Source: Gammaproteobacteria bacterium (GTDB taxonomy: Bacteria; Pseudomonadota; Gammaproteobacteria; SZUA-152). Taken from it: a stretch of 64,000 nucleotides of DNA. This document shows positions 1-9,400 of this stretch, one piece after another. Location: contig JAKISS010000010.1 of NCBI GenBank assembly GCA_021648485.1, forward strand, positions 485-64,484, read 5' to 3'. Below the pieces are notes generated by a model. The model saw nothing but the letters and a program-made list of their open reading frames with translations, did no database searches and had not been told where the DNA came from. Positions within the stretch are counted from its first letter, which is position 1, and each line of letters opens with the position of its first letter. Both the position numbers and the translations under genes were made by a program.

Positions 1-229
1 CACCGTCGCAAGCCTTGTGCTGTCTAGCGGAAAAAATGTCAAGACTTTTTGAGTTTATACACAATATTTTTTCCGGATGAACACAGCCGTAATGTGTGCC
101 AACAATTTTGACGGCAAGTCATTGATAGGCTGTAACTCATTGAATGGTATATAAAATTTAATGTGGTTAAAAAGTGATCATTTTAAATATGACACTGGTA
201 TTGCAGCATGAAATGATTTTTTACCAGGG

Positions 230-264
230 TTGTCCACAAAGTTATCCACAGGTTTTGTGGATAA
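230..264. promoter_or_regulatory. Triad of DnaA-box 9-mers: TTGTCCACA (230-238), TTATCCACA (242-250), inverted TGTGGATAA (256-264)
   Basis: Two perfect TTATCCACA consensus boxes lie head-to-head across 5 bp, with a one-mismatch box 3 bp upstream. The cluster is about 150 bp upstream of the priA ATG. Confidence 0.55.
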
Positions 265-414
265 CCGGGAAAGCGATTGCACGACAATCAGTTAGCGCTA
301 GGTGCTGACAATATCAGTGAATCTCCATGGCTAACATCACACTTGTTTGTGGTCAGAAAGAAAGGAAAGCCGCGATGCAGCCAGGCCCAGCCCAGGTCTG
401 TTAAAGTGGCGCGG

Positions 415-2667
415 ATGTCCACAGCCAATATTTTTTTACGGGTCGCCATACCTTCTCCTTTGCGTCGCTGTTTTGATTATCTTCCACCAGCAGCGTGTGA
501 TTTACACATGCTACAACCAGGTATGCGCCTGCGAGTGCCGTTTGGGCGCACCACCGTGATTGCTGTGTTGTTGGCGATCAGCGACGAAACGGATGTACCC
601 AAATCACGCCTCAAACGCGTGAGTGAAGTGCTGGATGCAACGCCGGTGCTGTCACAGCCACTGCTGAAGTTGTTGATGTGGGCAAGCAGCTATTATCAGC
701 ATCCTGTGGGTGAAGTGATAAACAATGCTCTGCCTGCGTTGTTACGCCAGGGGCATACACCCGAAGTGAAAGGTGAACCGGCCTGGCAGTTAACGGATGA
801 TGGGCGCGCACTGGATGCGTCAGTGCTGGAACAAATCCGGCGTCGTGCCCCCCGACAAGCTGCACTGCTGCAATTATTAAGCACGGCACCGGGCACGGCC
901 ATGCCTGCACCACACATTGATGCCGTACAAAATAACTGGCGGCCCGTGATGAATAAACTGGTAGACAAAGGCTGGGTAGCGGTGACAAAGCGCGCCCGCT
1001 CGCTGTCATTACCCGTTGGTGGATCAACAACAGCACCTCAATTAAATGCCGCCCAGGCTGAGGCCGTTGCCGCCATTGCTGAAAAACTGGGGAGTTTTGG
1101 TGTGCATCTCGTGGATGGTGTTACGGGCAGCGGCAAGACCGAGGTGTATCTGGCACTCATCGAATCCGTATTGGCACAAAACCAGCAGGTGCTGGTGCTG
1201 GTGCCGGAGATCGGCCTCACCCCGCAACTGGTATCGCGTTTCCAGCAACGCTTTGCAGCGCCCATTGCGGTGTTGCATTCAGGGTTGTCAGATCGTGAAC
1301 GTCTGCGTACCTGGCTGATGGCCCGCAGCGGGGAAGCTGCCATTGTCATTGGCACCCGCTCAGCAGTGTTTACACCGTTTGCCCGGCTGGGATTAATGAT
1401 TCTTGATGAAGAACACGATGCCTCGTTCAAACAGCAGGAAGGTTTTCGCTACTCTGCGCGTGATGTAGCGGTAAAGCGTGCCCATATTGAAAGCCTGCCT
1501 GTGGTGCTGGGGTCGGCCACACCGTCACTGGAAACATTGCACAATGCCCATCAGGGACGGTACTCCCGGTCAGTGCTGGCGAAACGGGCCGGTGTCGCGC
1601 AACCACCGCGCATTGCCGTACTCGACGTACGCAAACAACCTATGTTCGATGGTCTGTCCACCGCACTGATTAATGCTGTGCGTCGGCACCTCGATAGCGG
1701 CGGGCAGGTACTGGTGTTTCTCAATCGGCGAGGTTATGCGCCTGCCATGTTATGCCACGACTGCGGCTGGGTGGCCAAATGTCGGCGTTGTGATGCGAAT
1801 ATGACGTTGTTCAATGGTAATGCACGCCTGCGCTGCCACCACTGTGGCAGTGAGCGACGTGCTGACGCATGTTGCCCGGATTGCCAAAGCCGCGAATTAC
1901 GGCCGGTGGGGGCAGGCACCGAGCGGTTGGAGGCCGCACTCAAACAACAGTTTCCTGATACCGGTATCGTACGTATTGACCGTGACACCACCCGCCGTAA
2001 AGGTGCTATGCAGAGCCTGCTGGACAGTGTGCATGACGGCAGTAAGCGCATTCTTGTGGGAACGCAAATGCTTGCCAAAGGGCACCATTTTCCGGATGTT
2101 ACTTTGGTCGGTATTGTGGACATTGACCAAGGACTGTTCAGCGCCGATTTTCGTGCTACTGAGCGCATGGCGCAGTTATTGGTGCAAGTCGCAGGTCGTG
2201 CAGGACGAGCGGAAAAACCCGGTCAGGTGCTGATTCAGACTCACCACCCCGACCATCCATTGCTGCAAATATTATTACACGAAGGGTACACAGCCTTTGC
2301 AAAAGCTGCGCTGGAAGAGCGCCAACAAACACAGCTTGCGCCATACAGTTACATGGCCCTGCTGCGTGCCGAAGCGGTGGACGGTCAGTTACCGTTGCAA
2401 TTTCTTAAGCATGCCCGCCAGCTTGCCGAACAGCTTGGAGCAGCCTTTGGTGCGAATTTTGGTGAAAGCAGTGTGCGATTGCTTGGCCCCATACCTGCAC
2501 CCATGGAGCGCCGTGCCGGGCGTATTCGTGCGCAACTCTTATTGCAAGCCTCTGAGCGAGCAGCATTGCACCATTTGCTGGAACCTTGGCTACAACAATT
2601 AGAGTCCGACAAGCTGGGCCGCAAGGTGCGCTGGTCCATTGATGTGGACCCACAGGAAATGTTTTAG
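415..2667 (+). CDS. priA: Primosomal protein N' (replication restart helicase PriA)
   Basis: Walker A GVTGSGKTEVY, DEEH box (ILDEEHD) and a Cys-rich zinc region (CHDCGW..CRRCD..CHHCG..CPDC). The start was moved to ATG 415 (MSTANIFLRV), giving a typical 750 aa. Confidence 0.9.
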   Translation: MSTANIFLRVAIPSPLRRCFDYLPPAACDLHMLQPGMRLRVPFGRTTVIAVLLAISDETDVPKSRLKRVSEVLDATPVLSQPLLKLLMWASSYYQHPVGEVINNALPALLRQGHTPEVKGEPAWQLTDDGRALDASVLEQIRRRAPRQAALLQLLSTAPGTAMPAPHIDAVQNNWRPVMNKLVDKGWVAVTKRARSLSLPVGGSTTAPQLNAAQAEAVAAIAEKLGSFGVHLVDGVTGSGKTEVYLALIESVLAQNQQVLVLVPEIGLTPQLVSRFQQRFAAPIAVLHSGLSDRERLRTWLMARSGEAAIVIGTRSAVFTPFARLGLMILDEEHDASFKQQEGFRYSARDVAVKRAHIESLPVVLGSATPSLETLHNAHQGRYSRSVLAKRAGVAQPPRIAVLDVRKQPMFDGLSTALINAVRRHLDSGGQVLVFLNRRGYAPAMLCHDCGWVAKCRRCDANMTLFNGNARLRCHHCGSERRADACCPDCQSRELRPVGAGTERLEAALKQQFPDTGIVRIDRDTTRRKGAMQSLLDSVHDGSKRILVGTQMLAKGHHFPDVTLVGIVDIDQGLFSADFRATERMAQLLVQVAGRAGRAEKPGQVLIQTHHPDHPLLQILLHEGYTAFAKAALEERQQTQLAPYSYMALLRAEAVDGQLPLQFLKHARQLAEQLGAAFGANFGESSVRLLGPIPAPMERRAGRIRAQLLLQASERAALHHLLEPWLQQLESDKLGRKVRWSIDVDPQEMF

Positions 2668-2733
2668 AGTAACAAGAATTCTCGTTTAAGCTGGTTTTTG
2701 TGTCAAATCACCTCCGAGCGAGGTTGATGATTT

Positions 2734-3429
2734 CTAGGCGTTATTTTTACGGCGAAACAGACTAAAGCCAAGCAACCCTAACGCCAGCAGTGCAACAGAT
2801 GAGGGTTCCGGTACACTGGTGGTTGTGCATTGGTCCTGGTTGATTGAGAAATTACCCACCCCCCAATACTCTGGATCAATCGTAACGGAAGTAATGGCGG
2901 AACAGTCACCATTACTATTGTTGGCGTAAATACCAAAACCGGGTGTGTTGTTACGGTTAACATTGAACCAGTACTGATTATCGATCCCCAGTCCGCTGGA
3001 CTCCGTCGCAGTAAGCCATGCGTTGTTGCTTGTGCTGCCCAGGTTGGCTCCAACGCTAAAAGAAAAGGCGCGGGTGTTTTCTGGAAGCAGAATTGTTATC
3101 AGATAGTTACTTGTTGTGTAGATATCATAGTCACTGACTTCACCGTTGTTCCACCAGCTTACATCATCAGCCAAACGACGACTCATGGCCAAAGGGCTGT
3201 CGTTTTGGTCAAGAAAATTCAGTGAACCACTAATGGGTGACATAACATTTGTTGTGCTGCCGCCCATGCCATTGGTGACGGAAAAATCAGTCATCGCGTA
3301 ACCACCAATTGTGGTGGGTGTCGCCGTACCAGATGCATATGTATCAAGAATCAGCGCGGCAGATGCCTGTGAAGACAGGCCAAGTGATGTTGCTGCAAAA
3401 AATGTGATGGCGGTTAAATGTTTAAACAT
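2734..3429 (-). CDS. PEP-CTERM sorting-domain secreted protein
   Basis: N-terminal signal peptide (MFKHLTAITFFAATSLGLSSQASA). C-terminal VPEPSSVALLALGLLGFSLFRRK, which is a PEP motif plus TM plus basic tail. Confidence 0.8.
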   Translation of the reverse strand: MFKHLTAITFFAATSLGLSSQASAALILDTYASGTATPTTIGGYAMTDFSVTNGMGGSTTNVMSPISGSLNFLDQNDSPLAMSRRLADDVSWWNNGEVSDYDIYTTSNYLITILLPENTRAFSFSVGANLGSTSNNAWLTATESSGLGIDNQYWFNVNRNNTPGFGIYANNSNGDCSAITSVTIDPEYWGVGNFSINQDQCTTTSVPEPSSVALLALGLLGFSLFRRKNNA

Positions 3430-3483
3430 GATACTTCTTACCTCGACAATGAAACTATAGGTTTGCTTGTTGTTTGATCAATA

Positions 3484-3499
3484 AGCATGCATTGTGCCA
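3484..3499 (-). promoter_or_regulatory. Sigma54 (-24/-12) promoter for the PEP-CTERM gene
   Basis: The minus strand reads TTGGCAC-AATGC-ATGCT, with GG and GC at canonical spacing. It lies about 55-70 bp upstream of ATG 3429. Confidence 0.5.
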
Positions 3500-3842
3500 A
3501 GTAAAATATTGCTAGTATTTATAATAAGATAGATGTTTATAGTCTTGCTGATAACGATAATTGTAAAGAATTTCGACGCATAAAATCTGGCTGGTTTTAA
3601 CGTCTTTCTGATACTGCTGATTGAATGATTGGTCAGCGTTGGCTGGTTGTGCGTAAGCCCATCGATGAGAGCATGGCTAATCCAGAGGCTCTTCCATCCA
3701 CAAACACCAACAGTTTGCCTGGTGAAAGGGGTGTCCAGACTTCATTCCTCGGTGAGAGATTGTAGTCAGGTATTTCTTCCTTGTGCCAGATAACCTTCAC
3801 AAGCGATAATGCTGCGCTTTCTTCGCGAAGATCGCCGACAAT

Positions 3843-5615
3843 ATGAAACAACAGCTTACCTCCCTGATTCAAGCCGCCATTGATACACTGAAATCTCAAG
3901 ACGTGTTACCTGCGGATCTGTCACCGAATATCCAGATTGACCGCACCCGCGATGCGAGTCACGGCGATTACGCCTGCAATATTGCGCTGATGCTGGCTAA
4001 ATCGGTGCGCTGCAAGCCTCGCGACCTGGCAGAGAAAATTGTTGCCGCATTGCCAGCGGCTGATCAGGTCGCAAAAGTCGACATTGCCGGGCCGGGTTTT
4101 ATTAATTTTACACTCACTGATGCGGCGGCTTTCGCTGTGGTGGAGGCGGTGCTGGACGCTGGCGAGGCCTACGGGCGCTCCACTATCGGTGACGACAAAT
4201 TCGTGCAAGTGGAGTTTGTGTCTGCCAATCCCACAGGCCCGTTGCATGTAGGCCACGGCCGTGGTGCAGCTTATGGTGCGGCCGTGGCGGATTTGCTGGT
4301 GGCCGTGGGTTTTAAGGTGCATCGCGAATACTACGTCAATGATGCCGGGCGGCAAATGGATATTCTTGCTGCCAGTGTATGGCTACGTTATCTCGACCTG
4401 TGTGGTGAAAATGCCAATAATGAGTTGCCGTTTCCCGTTAACGGCTACAAAGGCGATTATGTGTGGGATATCGCCGCCACGTTACAGCGTGAACACGGTG
4501 ATGCCTTTCGGCATGCGGCACAAATTGTGTTGACGAATCTGCCAGCCGATGAAATTGACGGTGGCGATAAAGAACAGTACATCGATGCGGTGATTAATCG
4601 CGCAAAAGAATTGTTGGGTGATGCGGCTTTTCGCACAGTGTTTGATGCAGGGCTCAACAGCATTCTCGATGATATCCGTCACGACCTTGAAGGTTTTGGT
4701 GTGGTCTACGAGGAATGGTTTTCGGAACGTTCTCTTACCGAATCGGGTGCGGTGGCGCGTGCTACTGAGCGTCTCAAAAATGCCGGTCATTTGTACGAAA
4801 AAGACGGCGCATGGTGGTTTCGTTCTACTGATTTTGGGGACGAAAAAGACCGCGTAGTGGTGCGTGACAACGGCCAAACCACCTATTTTGCATCAGACAT
4901 TGCGTATCATATGCAAAAGCTGGAGCGTGGTTTTGACCGTGTTATCGACGTGTGGGGAGCCGATCATCACGGTTATGTGCCGCGCGTTAAAGCTGCACTC
5001 ACTGCGTTGGGCGATGATGCCGATAAACTTGACGTGCTGCTGGTGCAGTTTGCAATTTTGTATCGTGGTGGCGAGAAGGCACAGATGTCTACCCGTTCCG
5101 GTGAATTTGTTACCTTACGTGAATTGCGCGAAGAAGTGGGCGACGATGCGGCACGGTTTTTCTACGTGATGCGCAAGTGCGAACAGCATATGGATTTTGA
5201 TCTCGATCTTGCCAAGTCTCAGAGCAGTGACAACCCGGTGTATTATATTCAATATGCTCACGCGCGAATCTGTAGCGTATTCCGCCAGCTGGCTGAAAAA
5301 AACCTGACTCATAATAGTGATAATGGTCTTTCCAGTTTGGCAGTATTAAACGAAATACATGAACAAGCTCTGTTGACCAGGCTTTCACGTTACCCGGAAG
5401 TGGTGGAGGCCGCAGCGCTGAATCATGAGCCGCATCAGTTGGCGCATTTTCTGCGCGAGCTAGCCAATGATTTTCACACGTATTACAACGCCCACCCGTT
5501 TTTGGTCGATGAGGCCGCCGTGCGTGATGCGCGCCTGTGTTTGATTAAGGCGACACGACAGGTGCTTGCTAACGGTTTGGGGCTGTTGGCCGTGTCGGCA
5601 CCGGAAACCATGTAA
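3843..5615 (+). CDS. argS: Arginine--tRNA ligase
   Basis: Class I signatures ([16 protein letters not shown] and MSTRSG, a KMSKS-like motif). 590 aa. Confidence 0.95.
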   Translation: MKQQLTSLIQAAIDTLKSQDVLPADLSPNIQIDRTRDASHGDYACNIALMLAKSVRCKPRDLAEKIVAALPAADQVAKVDIAGPGFINFTLTDAAAFAVVEAVLDAGEAYGRSTIGDDKFVQVEFVSANPTGPLHVGHGRGAAYGAAVADLLVAVGFKVHREYYVNDAGRQMDILAASVWLRYLDLCGENANNELPFPVNGYKGDYVWDIAATLQREHGDAFRHAAQIVLTNLPADEIDGGDKEQYIDAVINRAKELLGDAAFRTVFDAGLNSILDDIRHDLEGFGVVYEEWFSERSLTESGAVARATERLKNAGHLYEKDGAWWFRSTDFGDEKDRVVVRDNGQTTYFASDIAYHMQKLERGFDRVIDVWGADHHGYVPRVKAALTALGDDADKLDVLLVQFAILYRGGEKAQMSTRSGEFVTLRELREEVGDDAARFFYVMRKCEQHMDFDLDLAKSQSSDNPVYYIQYAHARICSVFRQLAEKNLTHNSDNGLSSLAVLNEIHEQALLTRLSRYPEVVEAAALNHEPHQLAHFLRELANDFHTYYNAHPFLVDEAAVRDARLCLIKATRQVLANGLGLLAVSAPETM

Positions 5616-5630
5616 AGCACTGTCCTGGTT

Positions 5631-6203
5631 ATGGCCAAAGATTACAAAAATACTTCCAGACCCAAAACCAAGCCTCCCAAGCCAGCGCCGGGTTGGGTGT
5701 GGATGCTCGGTGGTTTGCTGATTGGCTTGTTGGTCGCGCTGCTGGTGTATCTCAGCGATGATTTGCAAACGGGCAGTGAGCGTGCAACGCCAGCGCCTGT
5801 GGTGGAAAAGAGTCAGGCTGCCCCCAAACAAGCCACAATTAATAACAAACCGAGGGAACAAACAGACAAAAAACCGCGTTTTGACTTTTATAATTTGTTG
5901 CCGGAAATGGAGGTATTTATTCCGCCACAAGAATTAGCGACGGAACGCGAACGCAAAACGGCGGATTCCATGACCTATTATTTGCAAGCGGGCTCTTTCC
6001 GCCGCATGGAAGATGCTGACCGTATGCGAGCCCAGCTGGCATTAAATAACATTGAATCTCATATTCAGCGCGTTACCATTAATAACAGTCAGACTTGGTA
6101 CAGGGTGCGAGTTGGTCCCTTTCAGAGCGCGCGCAAAATGGACGTAGTGCGTAACCGCCTGCGGGCACAATCCATAGACCCGATTGTGCTCAAGGTTAAA
6201 TAA
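5631..6203 (+). CDS. SPOR domain protein (FtsN/DedD-like cell-division peptidoglycan binder)
   Basis: N-terminal TM helix, a proline- and charge-rich linker, and a C-terminal SPOR-like YYLQAGSFRRMEDADRMRAQL...WYRVRVGPF. Confidence 0.75.
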   Translation: MAKDYKNTSRPKTKPPKPAPGWVWMLGGLLIGLLVALLVYLSDDLQTGSERATPAPVVEKSQAAPKQATINNKPREQTDKKPRFDFYNLLPEMEVFIPPQELATERERKTADSMTYYLQAGSFRRMEDADRMRAQLALNNIESHIQRVTINNSQTWYRVRVGPFQSARKMDVVRNRLRAQSIDPIVLKVK

Positions 6204-6410
6204 GTTCTTTTTATGCGCTTTCACAGTTGACCCTCAGGGTCAGCTTCTGACACTCTGTGACACTCGTCACGGTACGGTGAGTCGGCCAGTTTTACACGGC
6301 AAATCCGAGGTTTTTGCTGTAAACCTTTCGCCTCCTCTGCCGTTATACTTTGCAGGGAAAGTCGCTGACTTTGCTGCCTTTTTAGCCTGCCAGAACCGAT
6401 GATTAAATAA

Positions 6411-9400
6411 ATGAGCGCTGCCAAACAACTGCTGGATCACAAGTTGCTGAGATCGTTGTCGCCGCTGTGTGACCTGTCCCCCGATATGCTGGCTGAACTC
6501 AGTGATAAATCACGAGTGACCCAGGTGGTGACTGGTGCAACAATTTTCAAACAGGGTGAGCGGGATCATCGCACCCTGTACCTTGTGGCTGGCAAGCTGG
6601 AGCTTACTGATGCCTCGGGAAAAACCACAAAGTTAGTCGCTAACAGCAAGCAGGCACGCCAACCGCTGGATTCCATATCCCCACACACCGTTACCGCTGT
6701 TGCGAAGACACCGGTTTCCCTGCTGAACATCGATACCGACCTGCTTGAAATGTTGCTCAACTGGGGTGGAAAACAACAATCTTACGAAGTATCCAGTCTG
6801 GCAGTGGAGGAAGAAGATACCGACTGGATGAGTCGCTTCCTGCAATCCAAGGTCTTCCTCAAACTGCGCGCGGAAAACATCCAGACCATGATGATGCGCA
6901 TGGAAGAAATCAAGGTGCGCGCAAATACCGTGGTGATCAATCAGGACGACGATGACGACAACTATTACATCATTGCCAAAGGAAAGGCGAAAGTTGCCCG
7001 CCGGGTAGCCCCGGGTGCGCCGCTGATGAAGCTGGCGATTTTGACACCAGGCACCGGTTTTGGTGAAGAGGCGCTGATCAGCAATGGCAAGCGTAATGCC
7101 TCGGTGACCATGATGGAAGATGGTACGCTGATGCGACTGTCAAAAGAGGATTTTATCAGTCTGCTGGTCACCCCTATTTTGCAATATGTATCTTTTGATG
7201 AAGCCAAAGCCATGACAGGCCCGGATGTGCAATGGCTGGATGTGCGCAAACTGGCTGAATACTCCCGGGGCAGTCTGCCCGGCGCACGCAATATCCAGTT
7301 AGCTGAAATGCGCTTGCAACTGCGCAAGCTTAACAAATTACACAAATACATTGTTTTCAGTGATGGCGGCAGTCGTGCGGCGGCGGCTGTATTTTTGCTT
7401 AACCAGTATGGTCTGGATGCTTTTGTATTACGTGATGGCTTGAATGCTGTTTCGGCGTCTGCACTGGAAAAAAATGCGAGCAAATCACCTGCACAAACCA
7501 GCATACAGGCAACACCGCAAGACGTACCGACTCTGAAACCAGAGGATAATGTTGTCAATCTGCATGGCGAAGCCACAACCAGCGTGGAAAGCGATGGTCG
7601 CGTGGAAGCGCTGATGAGCAAGGCCAAGCAGCGCGTACAACAGGAAATGCAGCGCACCCAGGCGGCAGACAACGCCCGCAAACAAGCATTGGCCGAAGTA
7701 GCGAGGCTCAAAGAAGAAGCAGCCATTGCACGAAAAAAAGCCGAAGACGAAGCACGGCATGCAGCCGACCATGCGCGCAGCGAGGCAGAACGAGCCGCTG
7801 CACAAAAACGGGCCGATGATCTGGCCGCTGAACAGGCAGAGCGTGAAGCTGCCGTGCAGCGGGCAGAAGCAGAAACCGCGCGGGCTGAACAGGCTATGCA
7901 GGCACAAAAAAAAGCCGAAGAGGAAATTGAGCGCCTCAAACAGGATGCCGCCCAAGCACGTCGTGATATGGAAGCCCAGGCACGTCAATCAGCGGATACT
8001 GCGAAAAAAGAGACGGAAGACGAAATTATTCGTCTCAAGGCCGACGCTGAAATGGCACGTCGGCGCGTTGAAGAACAAGCCAGACTGGCCGCTGATGCAG
8101 CGCGTTCCGAAACAGAACGCAAGATGGCTCAGCAGCGTGCTGAAGAGGTCAGCCGCCATCAACAAGAAGCTGAAAGCGCTTTGCAAAAAGCCGAAATTGA
8201 GGCTATGCGCGCGCAACAGGCCGAAGCCGCACGGCAACAGGCCGAAGACGAAGCCGAGCGCATGCGCACCCGTGCTGAAGAAACCCAGCGCGAAATGGAA
8301 GAGCAAGCGCGTTTAGCCGCAGATCAGGCGCGTTCCGAAGCCGAGCGTGATGCTGCCCGGCAACGCGCCGAGGATCTGGCCGAACAACAGGAAGAACTGG
8401 AAGATGCGGTAAGCAAGGCTGAATCAGAAGCTGCGCGCGCGCAGGCAGCAGAAAGTGAGGTTGAGCGCCTGACAAAACTGGCAGACGAGGCGCGACTTCA
8501 GGCTGAAGCGCAGGCGCGCATGGCAGCGGATCAAGCGCGCAGTGAGGCAGAGCGCGAAATGGCTGCACAACGTGCGCAGGAAATGGGGCGCTTGCAGGCC
8601 GAGCGGGAAGAAATGGCAAGAAGGGCGGAAGATGAGGCATGTCGAACCCGGGCTGCTGAAGACGCTCGTTTACAAGCTGAAGCCGAAATTCAGCGGTTGA
8701 AGGTAGATGCTGAAGTAGCACGCATGCAGTTGGAAGAGCAGGCGCAACGGGTTGCTGATGCTGCACGCTCTGATGCAGAACGCGAAGCCATGCGCGCGCA
8801 GGCCGCCGAAGAAGCCCGCCTACAGGCGGTGCATGAACTGGAGCGCCTGGAAGCTGAAACAGAGCAAACACGTCTGGCCGCTGAGGCACAGGCGCGCTTG
8901 GCTGCTGATGCTGCACGTAGCGAAGCAGAGCGTGCGGCGGCGAGCCTGCGAGCCGAAGAACTGGCTCAGCAACAGGCTCAGCTGGAAGAAATTACCCGTC
9001 GTGCTGAGGAAGAAGCAACCCGTGCAGAAGAAGCCGATGCCGCACGGCAGCGGGCTGAAAATGAAATTATCCGTCGTCAGGCCGAGGCGGAAGAAGCCGA
9101 ACGGCGTGCAGCCGAAGAATCGAATCGTGCCCGGGAGGCTGAAACAGCCCGCCAGCAAATGGAAAAAGAAATGGCGCAGTTGCGAGCCGAGGCAGCGGCA
9201 GCCCGCGAGCAAGTGGAAAAACAGGCACGATTGTTTGCGGCCGCACAAAAGATTGAGGCAGAAGAGGCGCAGAAAAACAATTTGGAGGCCATGGATGTCG
9301 AGCGTAAAAAACGTGAAACTGCCGAGGCGGTTGCACAACAACAGACTCAACAACAAAGAGAAACCGAAATATTAGCTGAACAGGAGCGTTTGTCTAACGC

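Noticed and set aside
1-276. Whether the AT-rich stretch plus DnaA boxes is oriC.
   Set aside because: There are only three boxes in 35 bp, with no 13-mer DUE array, no GATC clustering and no dnaA/gidA-type neighbours. A DARS-like or regulatory site fits better.
277-414. N-terminal extension of priA offered by the ORF track. Similar extensions occur at trkA (39080-39265), rsmB (44593-44715), def (46196-46261), the LysM gene (46298-46549), glnK, ubiA, ptsN, hprK, trkH and the GTPase gene (61475-61669).
   Set aside because: The extensions do not resemble the N-termini of these families. Internal ATGs give canonical N-termini, for example [12 protein letters not shown] for Trk[13 protein letters not shown] for Def and [11 protein letters not shown] for GlnK.
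3633-3899. 88-aa minus-strand ORF overlapping the argS start.
   Set aside because: It overlaps the argS 5' end and promoter region and has no recognisable features.
6965-8916. Long antisense and alternative-frame ORFs across the coiled-coil region (for example 6965-7939 minus, 324 aa; 8203-8916 minus, 237 aa; 7726-8316 plus, 196 aa; 8752-9375 plus, 207 aa).
   Set aside because: Their translations are low-complexity (A/S/R/C/L or K/R/P runs). They mirror the periodic GC-rich codons of the 1536-aa sense ORF, which has clear domain content. They are frame artefacts.
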